Assembly (NCBI GenBank): GCA_038256845.1
Contig: JBBSJY010000001.1
Location: 1 to 62,579, forward strand
Direction: 5' to 3'
DNA length: 62,579 nucleotides
From: Verrucomicrobiales bacterium
GTDB lineage: Bacteria > Verrucomicrobiota > Verrucomicrobiia > Verrucomicrobiales > Akkermansiaceae
The translations under genes were made by a program, and so were the position numbers. Under the pieces are notes generated by a model. The model was not told the DNA's origin and made no database searches. It saw only the letters and a list, made by a program, of their open reading frames with translations. This document shows positions 18,486-27,660 of this stretch, piece by piece (within the stretch, counting starts at the first letter, position 1; each line of letters opens with the position of its first letter).

Positions 18486-19259
18486 GTGAAAACCGCCGGG
18501 CTGCTCCTCCTCGCGATCCTGGCAATGGCCGGGGGCGCGACGTGGTGGCAGCGCGAGGCGCTCGTGGCTTGGTGGGACGCGGAGATGAAGGGAACGGAGT
18601 TCGAGAAGCCGACGGTTGCCAAGCCGGATCCGGAGTCTTACGCGGTGCTCTCCGCGGAGCTGGAGCGCTGGAGATCGGAGCTGGCGGCAAGGCACGCGAA
18701 GGCGAGAACCCCGGAAGAACGGCTCGCGGTGGAGGCCGACGCGAGAATCATGCTGGAAATGGTGCTGCCTTCGATGATGCGCTGCTGGCTGGGGACGCCC
18801 TGGGATTTCAACGGCACCGCGGCCAAACCCGGCGGGGGCCGGATCGCTTGCGGGTATTTCGTGGCGACGGTTTTGCGGGACGCGGGGTTCCGGCTGGACC
18901 GTTATCGCCTGGCGCAGCAGCCATCGGAGAACATCCTGCGTTCGTTCCTGCCGAAGAAGGCGTGCGGGCTGACGGTGGGGCAGCCGTATGAGGACTTTGC
19001 GGGGAAACTCTCCCAGGCGGACCGCGGGATTTACATGGTCGGCTTGGACACGCACGTGGCGTTCATCGTGGTGGAGGAAGGGGGATTCCGTTTCATCCAT
19101 TCATCGGGCTCGCGGCCGTGGTGCGTGGTGGATGAGGATCACGAAGCGGCGAACGTCCTGCGCCGCTCGAACTGGCGGATGCTGGGGCACCTGACGGGTG
19201 ACAGCGGGGTGATCCGGCGCTGGCTGAAGGCGGAGAAAATCGCGGTGCGGGGGAGCTAG
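18486..19259 (+). CDS. Hypothetical protein with NlpC/P60-like (papain-fold) Cys-His signature
   Basis: N-terminal membrane anchor; W.GTPWDFNG, IACGYFV..VL, HV.F, FIHSS. Confidence 0.6.
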   Translation: MKTAGLLLLAILAMAGGATWWQREALVAWWDAEMKGTEFEKPTVAKPDPESYAVLSAELERWRSELAARHAKARTPEERLAVEADARIMLEMVLPSMMRCWLGTPWDFNGTAAKPGGGRIACGYFVATVLRDAGFRLDRYRLAQQPSENILRSFLPKKACGLTVGQPYEDFAGKLSQADRGIYMVGLDTHVAFIVVEEGGFRFIHSSGSRPWCVVDEDHEAANVLRRSNWRMLGHLTGDSGVIRRWLKAEKIAVRGS

Positions 19260-19289
19260 GCCCAATGCCTTTAGGGATTCGATTGTGGA

Positions 19290-19570
19290 ACGATCCATTC
19301 CTGATCCCGGCAAGGGGACCGGAGATTGCAGCCCCGGATCGGGGAGTGTTCGCGACGAAAATAGGAGGCACCACACTCTTGTCGCGGTTCCTTATCGGCG
19401 GATTCGACCCCGCAAGCGGGTCGCGGAAGGTGCGGACGCCTGATGCACATCCGGCGTCTCTGGCACGCCTTTCAGGGTGAAAATCCAAGAGATCACCCAA
19501 CCCGGGGTAGTCGTCGCGATGGCTCCTCGACCCCGGGCTACAAGCTGTAATCCTTTCAGGATAAAGATTT
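19290..19570. repeat. REP/REPIN-like palindromic cluster between convergent genes
   Basis: Hairpins GACCC-CGCAAGC-GGGTC and CCTTTCAGG twice (about 19468 and 19552) flanking CCCGGGGT...ACCCCGGG. Confidence 0.55.
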
Positions 19571-19618
19571 CCGGCGTTTCATTGCGCCAATCCCCAAAGG
19601 CATTGGAGGTAGCCCGCC

Positions 19619-19933
19619 TCACTCCGCGAGATATTTCCCGCCGCGGAGCACATCGACATCGGCGGCGTAGACGATGATCGCCCAGTCCTCGAAGTAGCGG
19701 TCGCCGATTTCCCGCATGATGCCGCCGGAGATTTCCGGGGAAACGAGGGTGTCGATCTGGACGTTGCGGCCTTCCCACTCGGAGGCCCGGACGCCGCGCG
19801 AACCCTCGCCCTCCACGGCGGCGATCGTCCAGCCGGTGACTCCATGGCGTTTCAAAAGCGCGAGCAGTTCGTCGCGAAGCAGGCGCTCGGCGACGATGGT
19901 GACTTTGCGGAGGCGGACCTTGTTTATAGCCAT
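19619..19933 (-). CDS. sbtB: PII-like protein SbtB
   Basis: RKVTIVAERLL, GVTGWTI..VEGEGSRGVRA, VDVLR..KY; overlaps the sbtA 3' end. Confidence 0.85.
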   Translation of the reverse strand: MAINKVRLRKVTIVAERLLRDELLALLKRHGVTGWTIAAVEGEGSRGVRASEWEGRNVQIDTLVSPEISGGIMREIGDRYFEDWAIIVYAADVDVLRGGKYLAE

Positions 19934-20880
19934 GAGGCGAAGCGGTTGGCGAGATATTGGTAGAGCGGGATGCCGAGCGCGAGGTTGAAAGGAAAGGTGA
20001 TGCCCAGCGCGAGCGTGAGATAATAGGCGGGGTTCGCCTTTGGCAGCGCCACCCGCACGGCGGCCGGTGCGGCGATGTACGAGGCGCTCCCCGCCATGGC
20101 CCCCAGCACGGCCGCGCCGCCTGCGGACATCCCGGCCAGGGTCGCGCCGGCCACGCCGAGCAGGCCGTGAAGCACCGGCAGCAGGCAGCCGAGCAGCAGC
20201 AGGCGCACGCCGGCCCGGCCCGCGTCGCGCAGGCGTTTGCCGGCCGCCAGCCCGAGCTCGATCATGAAAATACACAGGGCGCCCTTGAAGGCAGCTCCGA
20301 AAAACGGCTGCACGTCCGCCAGTTTCGCCGGTCCGCAGAGCGTGCCGATCACCAGCCCGCCGACCAGCAGGACGATGCTTTTCCCCGTGACCACCTCGTG
20401 CAGAGCCTTTTTCCAGCTCCCGCCACCGCCGGAGTTCGCGAAGAGAAGCGCGATGATGATCCCCGGCACTTCCAGCACCGCGACGAGCGCCGGCAGGTAG
20501 TTTTCCGAACTCGTCCCCGAGCGGTTCACCGCCTCCACCGCCGCGAGAAAGGTCACCACCGATACCGAGCCGTAGTGGGCGGCCACCGCCGCGGAGTCCT
20601 CGATTCCCAGCCGCCCGATCCGCCGGATCAGGTAAAAGGCGGAAACCGGCGTGACCACCCCGATCGCCAGCGTGACCAGCGCCGGCAGCCACAAATCGGC
20701 GACCGGCGTGACGGCCAGCGCCGAGCCGCCTTTCAGCCCGATCGCCAGCAGCAGGTAAATCGAGAGTCCCTGATAGATCGCCTCCGGCAGCGCCAGATCG
20801 CTCTTCACCCACCGCGCCACGATCCCGAGCACGAAGCACAGGACCACCGGCGAGATCAGATTGTCGGCGATCAGGTTCAT
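19924..20880 (-). CDS. sbtA: Sodium-dependent bicarbonate transporter family permease
   Basis: SDL.LPE, YLLLAIGLKGG, AAHYGSVS.VTF, SASYIAAPAA, LGITFPFN. Confidence 0.92.
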   Translation of the reverse strand: MNLIADNLISPVVLCFVLGIVARWVKSDLALPEAIYQGLSIYLLLAIGLKGGSALAVTPVADLWLPALVTLAIGVVTPVSAFYLIRRIGRLGIEDSAAVAAHYGSVSVVTFLAAVEAVNRSGTSSENYLPALVAVLEVPGIIIALLFANSGGGGSWKKALHEVVTGKSIVLLVGGLVIGTLCGPAKLADVQPFFGAAFKGALCIFMIELGLAAGKRLRDAGRAGVRLLLLGCLLPVLHGLLGVAGATLAGMSAGGAAVLGAMAGSASYIAAPAAVRVALPKANPAYYLTLALGITFPFNLALGIPLYQYLANRFASWL

Positions 20881-20932
20881 GGACCGGCCGAACCTGCACA
20901 GCCACGCAGCCGCTTGGCAAGCGGCACCCGGA

Positions 20933-23503
20933 TCAGGACGGACGTTTGCGCCGCAGCAAGGCCGCGGTGGCGGAAAGCATCAGCAAAATGCCGGTCGATG
21001 GCTCCGGCACGCCGGGAAGATGCGGGGCGGCGTCGGCATCGACCGGAGTCAGGCCGTGGCTTGCGAACTGCTCCATGGTCTCCAGCACCACCGCCCCGGA
21101 AACGGCCGTCACCAGTTGATATCGGGCGGCGAGTCCCGGCCGGGCGGCCTCCGGGACCATCATTCTCGGGTCCTCCGAGGCACCGATGGCCCATAGTCGG
21201 GCCAGATGATCCCACACCTTTTTCCCTTCAGGAATCTCTCCCGCGGCTGATCGGCGCCAGGTCCATCCCGGCTCGTCCCGGCCCTCCCGCAAGGCCGTTA
21301 GAAATTCCTTGAAGCCTTCGCCCGCGGCACCGGCCGTCGGCCCGCGGCGGAGCGCTCCCGACTGATAGATCGCCAGCGCCAGCCGGTTCGGTCCGGGCAT
21401 CGCTTCCACCGCATGGATCACCGGCAGGACCGAGCCCCGTTCCAATGCCTGCAACAGCGCCTCCGACCGCGATACATCCGCTGACTGCGGGCCATGCACC
21501 CAAACCACCGGCAGGCCTCCGTTTTGCTTGGAAATCCGCAGCGCCTCGCCGAGCGCGGGCTCGTTGTCCCGGCCACCGGTAAAGCGGTATTCCGCCAGTT
21601 GGCCGCGATCCACCCGTCTGGCCGAATCATCCGCCAGAATGGCGATCACGCCTTCATCCAGCGCTTCCACCAGCCAATCCTTCGCACCCGCCAAACCCGC
21701 GGAGCCGTCGATCACGAGCACCACTTTTCCGGCTCCCGGGGACTTCACCCGCCGCGGTTCCCGGAGCAGGAAGCGTTCGTCATCCGTCGCGAACCGGTCC
21801 TCGCACCAGACCACTTCGGGCTCGGCCGCCAGCGGCTCGCTCACGAGCACCAGCCCGTGGCCCATCGCATGCACCGCGGGCAGGGACGCCAGCAGCGATC
21901 TCCCGGGTCCGTCACGCATCGCCGCCAGGGAAACGTCCGGACCCGTGAGATCGAATCCCCAATCGCCCTGCAACCATACCGCGTGCTCCAGCCCCACCTT
22001 GGTTCCGAAATTCCGTTCCACGATCCGCGGCAGTTCCCAGCGACCCGCATCCAGCGGCGCCGTCACTCCGAAGCGGATCTTCATGTCGCCGTTCGCCGGG
22101 ACCGGAAAACACTGCACCAGCACCGTGTCCGGCCCCGCCATGGTCACCAGCACCGGATCCTTTCTCTGCACCACGGCCACCGCCTTGTAGGCGGCCTTCA
22201 CTTTCGAAACGCTGCTGAATGCCGCCTCCCGCGGCTCGCCGTTCACCCATAGTGTCAGCCGGGAAACCCTCCCGTCCCGTGGCAGCCGCACCAGACACCT
22301 TGCCTCCTGCGCCACTCGCGACCGGTTGTGGAAAACCATCGTCCATTCGCCATAGCCGATCCGCGACACCGAATCCACATGACCGTCGAAGCGGGATTCC
22401 TTCAGGTCGAGGCTTTTCAGCCGCACCGCCACTTCATCGCCGCCGAGATGATCATCGAACTCCCATTCGTCGGTCTGGATGGACCTGCCCATCAGTTGTC
22501 CTCCCTGCCTGGATGGGGGTTTCAACGAATTGAAGGGCTTGCCGGTCACGCGGAAAAAGATCTCCCGTGATTTCTCCGGCTCCGGGCCGAAGCGCGGACC
22601 GCCATCCGCCGCCGCGGACATCCATCCCGACGTGATCCAGCCGCCGATGTCGGTGGCCAGCCAAGCTCCCCGCTGGCGGTTCTCGTAGCACGCGCTCAGC
22701 AGCGTCCGCTCCGAGTGCCAGGCCCGCAGTCTGGCGATCGCCGCCGGATTTCCCTCCTCCGAGGCCGCTTGGGAAAGATTTACCCGCGTCCAGATCGTCG
22801 GACCCTCCAATGCGGCCAAGGCCAGCACCGCCACCGTCGCGCCCGACCACCAACCCTTTCTGAATCGCTTCGGCGCCTCCGACCTTCGCCGGACGTCGCG
22901 CCCGATTTTCCACGAGAAGAACCAGGCGAGGACCGGCGTCAGCGAGATCAGCCCCAGCCCGAAGAAGATCAGTGCGAGCATCGACCAATGGATGATCGGC
23001 AGAAACAACAGCCCGTAGAATGCCGACAGAATCAAGACCACGCCCGCCGCCGCGCCCGTCCACGCCTCCTTCGCGCCGGGGGCGCCTTTCAGGAGCCAGG
23101 CATTCAAAATCGGGACCAGCGCCACCAGCAGGAAATGCCACCAGGTCGGGATCGGATCGAAAAACACCCCACCGCAGAAGGAAGTCGTCGCTTCCAGCAA
23201 AAGGACCAGAGCCGGCATCACCACCGCGAATGCCCAGACCCAGAAGGGCCGTCCGGTTCGGGCCGGGACGGATTCCGGCGCCCGACCGGACGGCCGGTAA
23301 CCCGCGTCCATCGCGCCGAGGATGTTTTCCAAGAGCATGAGGCCCACCCCTTCGTCCGGGCGCTGCTCCGCCTCCTCGTAAACATGCCGCCGCAGGTCCT
23401 CTTTCAGCTCGGCCGCCTCGTCTCCCTGCAGTCCTTCCCTCGCAGCCCGCTCCAACAGATATCCGTCCAGCCTCCGCTCTGCCTGTGTGGTCCAAGTTTT
23501 CAT
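20933..23503 (-). CDS. HAAS-like N-terminus + multi-TM + VIT + degenerate vWA + PEP-CTERM protein
   Basis: N-terminal YL...E..E...DL..H, TM helices, VIT-like EA...VRLP..G.VSRLTLWVNGEPREA, VIDGSAG, C-terminal VPEPSTG-hydrophobic-RRKR. Confidence 0.75.
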   Translation of the reverse strand: MKTWTTQAERRLDGYLLERAAREGLQGDEAAELKEDLRRHVYEEAEQRPDEGVGLMLLENILGAMDAGYRPSGRAPESVPARTGRPFWVWAFAVVMPALVLLLEATTSFCGGVFFDPIPTWWHFLLVALVPILNAWLLKGAPGAKEAWTGAAAGVVLILSAFYGLLFLPIIHWSMLALIFFGLGLISLTPVLAWFFSWKIGRDVRRRSEAPKRFRKGWWSGATVAVLALAALEGPTIWTRVNLSQAASEEGNPAAIARLRAWHSERTLLSACYENRQRGAWLATDIGGWITSGWMSAAADGGPRFGPEPEKSREIFFRVTGKPFNSLKPPSRQGGQLMGRSIQTDEWEFDDHLGGDEVAVRLKSLDLKESRFDGHVDSVSRIGYGEWTMVFHNRSRVAQEARCLVRLPRDGRVSRLTLWVNGEPREAAFSSVSKVKAAYKAVAVVQRKDPVLVTMAGPDTVLVQCFPVPANGDMKIRFGVTAPLDAGRWELPRIVERNFGTKVGLEHAVWLQGDWGFDLTGPDVSLAAMRDGPGRSLLASLPAVHAMGHGLVLVSEPLAAEPEVVWCEDRFATDDERFLLREPRRVKSPGAGKVVLVIDGSAGLAGAKDWLVEALDEGVIAILADDSARRVDRGQLAEYRFTGGRDNEPALGEALRISKQNGGLPVVWVHGPQSADVSRSEALLQALERGSVLPVIHAVEAMPGPNRLALAIYQSGALRRGPTAGAAGEGFKEFLTALREGRDEPGWTWRRSAAGEIPEGKKVWDHLARLWAIGASEDPRMMVPEAARPGLAARYQLVTAVSGAVVLETMEQFASHGLTPVDADAAPHLPGVPEPSTGILLMLSATAALLRRKRPS

Positions 23504-23524
23504 GATGATGTTCGTTTTGGTTTT

Positions 23525-23947
23525 TTAAGCAGTCCGTGGGTCCGATTTCCCTTCGTCCGCGGGAAGTTGTGATGAAGGCCGTGTGAAATTCCGGAGATTC
23601 GCGACGCCATGGGCCATTTCCGCAAAGTAAGCGCCCATTTCCTCCGCCAGCGCCCGCCCGCCGGGCGTTGCCCGGTAGTATTTCCGCGCCGGCCCCTCGT
23701 TGGATTCCTCCAGCCGCGTCGTCACCAGGCCCTGCCTCTTCAAGCGCGCCAACAACGGATAGATCGAGCCCTCGGCCACTCCCACGCCGGGGACCGCCAC
23801 CAGCGATTTCACCAGCTCATAGCCATACCACTCGCGCGCCGATACCGCCTTGAGAATACAGAGATCCAGCACGCCCTTGCGCATCTGGACGGTCCAGTTG
23901 TCGAAACTGTCGCGGGAAAAGGCGGAACCGGTGGGGGGGTCAGACAT
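23525..23947 (-). CDS. PadR family transcriptional regulator
   Basis: QMRKGVLDLCIL, YGYEL, EGSIYPLL.RL, GPARKYY. Confidence 0.93.
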   Translation of the reverse strand: MSDPPTGSAFSRDSFDNWTVQMRKGVLDLCILKAVSAREWYGYELVKSLVAVPGVGVAEGSIYPLLARLKRQGLVTTRLEESNEGPARKYYRATPGGRALAEEMGAYFAEMAHGVANLRNFTRPSSQLPADEGKSDPRTA

Positions 23948-24092
23948 GCGTAGGAAGGGGGTCGCGATTCCGGTTCTCATGGCATTGGATAGGCCGGTTG
24001 CCGATCATTCTGGGGTGCGTCGACAACCCTGCTGAAATCGCCATTGTCGATCCAGAATGGGAAGGCCCACGCTCGCGCTGGCTCCAATGACC

Positions 24093-24125
24093 GCCAAGCT
24101 ATCTTACATTGCAAGGTAGCTTGGC
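24093..24125. promoter_or_regulatory. Putative PadR operator
   Basis: 33-bp imperfect palindrome GCCAAGCTATCTTACATTGCAAGGTAGCTTGGC upstream of padR. Confidence 0.6.
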
Positions 24126-24253
24126 AAGATAATATCTTTGCCGCTGGGGCCGTTCCGGCTGTTCGTTCCCCGCATCCCGCAGGATCCCGACCGCGCTACG
24201 GTGACTGCGAGTTTGGGACTTGGAGGTTTCGAAAGCCGGGTTAGGATGGCGGG

Positions 24254-24904
24254 ATGGAACACCGGGTGGAGATGTGGCGGACATTGCGATGGCTGGTGAC
24301 GGTCGTGGCGCTGGTCGGCGGGCTCTGGTTTCTGGTGGTGGGGCCGTTGGAGCGCGCCATATCCGGCACGAAAACCACTGTGGAAAGGGGCCTAGACAAG
24401 GTGCTGGCGTCCGTGACCAACACCGATACCCGGGTCGTCGAAGGACGCGCCGAAATTGTGGAAACGGCTGAAATCGCGGAGCTTTCCCTTCTGGAGATGC
24501 GAATGAGCGCCACCCGCTCCATCGAGAAATCGGAAAAATTCTCCATTCTGCCTTTGGGGACCAAGAAGTTGATCGTGCGCGGTCACTACCAGGTGAAGGG
24601 CGGCTATCGTCTGAAACCGGGCATTTCGTTGCGCATGGAGGACGGCCGCCCGGTGGCGCGGTTTCCGAAGCCGGAAATCCTCTCCGTGGAGTTGGTGGAC
24701 TTCGATGTGCTGAGCGAGGACAGCGGATGGCTCAACAAGATCCAGCCGGCGGACCGGGCGCAAATCCTGCGGGAATTGCGCGAACAAATGCGACAGGAGG
24801 CGGCACGGAGCGGCCTGCTGGAGGGCGTGGAGGCAAATCTGAGCACGAGGCTGCGGGATTTGCTGGAGGCGGATTCGGTGCGGGTGGAGCAGGCGCTGCC
24901 CTGA
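24254..24904 (+). CDS. DUF4230-like protein
   Basis: N-terminal TM, IAEL, G...VKGG, P.PEILS, A..SGLL. Confidence 0.6.
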   Translation: MEHRVEMWRTLRWLVTVVALVGGLWFLVVGPLERAISGTKTTVERGLDKVLASVTNTDTRVVEGRAEIVETAEIAELSLLEMRMSATRSIEKSEKFSILPLGTKKLIVRGHYQVKGGYRLKPGISLRMEDGRPVARFPKPEILSVELVDFDVLSEDSGWLNKIQPADRAQILRELREQMRQEAARSGLLEGVEANLSTRLRDLLEADSVRVEQALP

Positions 24905-24910
24905 CTGCCG

Positions 24911-25171
24911 TCAGCGTTTGGGGGGCGGGGTGTCACCGAGGATCCTGTCGATTTCCGCCACGCGTTCCCACGGACAGCGTTTCCGCTGATACTTTTTCCA
25001 GACGATGTCGCGGAGAGATCGCCAGAGCTCTTCCGTTGGATTCTCAACACGATCCCACACCGGATCGCGTTTTTGGACGGTGGTGAGAAAGCCCCAGCGC
25101 AGACCGTGGTAGTTGGCGCGGTAGTAGCGGACGCCGTCCTCGGTCCTTTCGTGCCATTCGTGACTTTCCAT
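24911..25171 (-). CDS. Conserved hypothetical small protein
   Basis: HEW.ERTEDG.RYYRA..H...W, KYQRKRCPW; protein-like composition. Confidence 0.65.
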   Translation of the reverse strand: MESHEWHERTEDGVRYYRANYHGLRWGFLTTVQKRDPVWDRVENPTEELWRSLRDIVWKKYQRKRCPWERVAEIDRILGDTPPPKR

Positions 25172-25272
25172 GACGGGAACGCTCATGAGCGGGAATGGAA
25201 CTTGCAAGCGGGAAGCGGAGACCATCGCAAAGCGGGCTTTCCATCCGGCACGGCGAATGAGAGCTTGGAGGC

Positions 25273-26286
25273 GTGCGCGGAGCTGCTGCAAGCGATGGAT
25301 TGAAAGTGTGGCTTTATGCCGTGGCTAGTGTGGTCGGGGGCGCGTGGATCTCGCCCTGGCTATACAACGCGGGAAAGGCCCTCGCCGAGGTCACGGAATC
25401 CAAGCGGACGAACGGGCTGCTGGACGGGCTCGCGGCCTGGTGCCGGTCGGCGGGATTTCCGGATTTCTACACGGCCGGTCTGCTGTTTGCCGCCGTGGCG
25501 CTTTTTCTGCCGCTGATCGAGTGGCTGCGATTGGGCGGAAGGTCCGATACGGCAGGTTCCGGGCCGTGGTCGGTCCGGCTTTCCGGGAGGGCGCGGCTCG
25601 GCCCGGGCGGCCAGCCGCTGCAGAGGAACAGGGTGAGGTTGGCCCATTTGACCACCGGATTTCTGCTGGCCGGCGTTTTGTTTCTGATGATCGGCTACGG
25701 CTTGGTCGGCGCGGGTTCGTTCACATGGCAGGACGAGGCGGCCTGGCCGTCGAATCTTGGAAAGTTGCTGGCAGTCGGTCTGTTGTGGGTAGGAGTTCAG
25801 GAGTGTGCATTCCGGGGCATCGCACTGGGAATTTTCCTCAGGTGGCTGAGACCTGCGGGGGCCATCGCACTTGCGGCCCTGTTATTCGCCGCAGCGCACT
25901 CGGTGCTTCCTGCCGGACAAACGGTGGCCGATCCGGAACGCGCCGGGGTCGGTTTCGAATTGCTGGGAAAGGTGCTGGCAAGGTGGATCGATCCGGAATT
26001 CCTGGTGATCCAATTTCTGCCGGTGCTGACACTGGGCGCCCTGCTGGGATTCGCCCGCTGGCGGACGGCATCGCTGGCGTTGCCGATGGGATTGCACGCC
26101 GGGTGGATCGTCTCGGCCGGCCTGTTCCAAGCGTTCACCATTCCCATTCCCCGGCCCGGGCTTCTTCCGCGTTTGCTGGCGGGAGGTGAATCCGCCGAGG
26201 GTCTGTTGGTCGTGGCGGGATTGTTGATGGTGGGAACGCTGATTTATCAATTCACCCGGCCTGCGGATGATGTCCCGGAATTCTAA
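25273..26286 (+). CDS. CPBP (Abi/CAAX) family intramembrane metalloprotease
   Basis: QE..FRG, F...H, GLHAGW motifs; first Glu replaced by Gln. Confidence 0.75.
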   Translation: MRGAAASDGLKVWLYAVASVVGGAWISPWLYNAGKALAEVTESKRTNGLLDGLAAWCRSAGFPDFYTAGLLFAAVALFLPLIEWLRLGGRSDTAGSGPWSVRLSGRARLGPGGQPLQRNRVRLAHLTTGFLLAGVLFLMIGYGLVGAGSFTWQDEAAWPSNLGKLLAVGLLWVGVQECAFRGIALGIFLRWLRPAGAIALAALLFAAAHSVLPAGQTVADPERAGVGFELLGKVLARWIDPEFLVIQFLPVLTLGALLGFARWRTASLALPMGLHAGWIVSAGLFQAFTIPIPRPGLLPRLLAGGESAEGLLVVAGLLMVGTLIYQFTRPADDVPEF

Positions 26287-27037
26287 TGGGCAGACCCGCG
26301 GCTGGGTTGCGCGGCTTGCGGGAGGACTGCTGGACCTGGTGTATCCGCCCCAGTGCGGGCTCTGCGGGGAAACACTGGCGGATGGACGCTCGCTTTGCGG
26401 ACCGTGCGGGGCGGATCTGCCCTTGCTGGAGGCGCCCTTCTGCAGCAAGTGCGCGGAGCCCTTCCCCGGGAAGATCGAAGGGAGCTTTGCCTGCCCCAAC
26501 TGCAAGGGGTTGAAATTCTCCTTCGAGTTCGCACGATCGGTGCTGGTGCGCGATCCGCGGAGCTTGGACCTGATCCATCGCCTGAAATACCAGAAGCAGA
26601 TCCATCTCGCCGACGAGCTCGGGCGATTCGCCGCCCGTGCGCTGGATGACGAGCGGTTCGCGGACGCGCTTGCGGAGAGGTGGCCGCTGGTGCCGGTCCC
26701 CCTCCATCGCTCGCGGCAACGGGCGCGGTATTTCAACCAGGCCCTCGAGATCGCCAAAGTGATCTCCCGGATCAGCGGAATGCCCCTGGTGGACGGCCTC
26801 AGGAGAATCCGGCGGACCGATACCCAAACCCGTCTCAGCCGCGCCCAACGCCTGCAGAACCTGCGCGGAGCCTTTGCGGTATCGCGTGCCGGGCGGAGAT
26901 TTCTAGCGGACTCGCCCTCCGGAGCGATCTTGGTGGATGACGTGCTGACCACCGGGTCCACCGTCGACGCCTGTGCGACGGCACTTCGACAGGCGGGATG
27001 TCCGAGGGTGTGCGTGGTGACGGTGATGCGCGGCTGA
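26267..27037 (+). CDS. comF: ComF family phosphoribosyltransferase with zinc ribbon
   Basis: YPP.C..C, further CxxC pairs, VPVPLH, R.FNQA, LVDDVLTTGST. Confidence 0.9.
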   Translation: MMSRNSNGQTRGWVARLAGGLLDLVYPPQCGLCGETLADGRSLCGPCGADLPLLEAPFCSKCAEPFPGKIEGSFACPNCKGLKFSFEFARSVLVRDPRSLDLIHRLKYQKQIHLADELGRFAARALDDERFADALAERWPLVPVPLHRSRQRARYFNQALEIAKVISRISGMPLVDGLRRIRRTDTQTRLSRAQRLQNLRGAFAVSRAGRRFLADSPSGAILVDDVLTTGSTVDACATALRQAGCPRVCVVTVMRG

Positions 27038-27054
27038 TGCGAGACGCCCGTTTG

Positions 27055-27627
27055 TCAGAGTTCCTGCACTTTGATGTCCCGGAATTCGATCTTCATCCGC
27101 ATGCCCGCATGGACCTGAAGGCCGATCGGCCCCTTTTCGACGGCGGTGTCGGAGTCGTATTCCAGGACCTTCTTGCCGTTGAGTTCGACGGTGTAGACGC
27201 TGCCCTTGGCCGTGATCCTCATCGTGTTCCACTCGCCCTCCTTGAGGAGTTCGGCCACGCCCTCGGCTTCCACGGGATACTTGCCCAGCGAGCCAATATA
27301 GGGCGAGCCGGTCATGTCACGCTTGAGTGAGCCGGAAACTCCGATCTGGATCTGCTCGTTGGTCTTGCGAAGGAAAAATCCCGTATCGACTATCCCCTCA
27401 TACCGAAAGCCGGCCTCCACCACGAAATCCGTGTATTCCTTTTCGGTCCAGAGGACGGAGTTCAGCTTCTTCTCGTCGCTCTCGCCGATGAGCACACCCT
27501 TTTCGACTTTCCAGTATTCACCATCCTGCACTCGCCAGCCGGTGAGGTCCTTGCCGTTGAAAATGGCTTCGGGGGCGGCAGTGAGCGACAGGGCGGCACC
27601 TAGCGAGATGAGAAGGTATTTCAACAT
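27055..27627 (-). CDS. DUF1080 (3-keto-disaccharide hydrolase family) protein, secreted
   Basis: FNGKDLTGW, GEWN, V.LNG, G.IGLQ.H, FRDI. Confidence 0.88.
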   Translation of the reverse strand: MLKYLLISLGAALSLTAAPEAIFNGKDLTGWRVQDGEYWKVEKGVLIGESDEKKLNSVLWTEKEYTDFVVEAGFRYEGIVDTGFFLRKTNEQIQIGVSGSLKRDMTGSPYIGSLGKYPVEAEGVAELLKEGEWNTMRITAKGSVYTVELNGKKVLEYDSDTAVEKGPIGLQVHAGMRMKIEFRDIKVQEL

Positions 27628-27660
27628 GATCGCAGGCTTACGCTCAGGCGGGATGTTCTC

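Noticed and set aside
19934-20920. 433-aa ORF ending in SbtB (apparent fusion)
   Set aside because: The upstream part is an alternative frame over sbtA; SbtB has its own ATG at 19933
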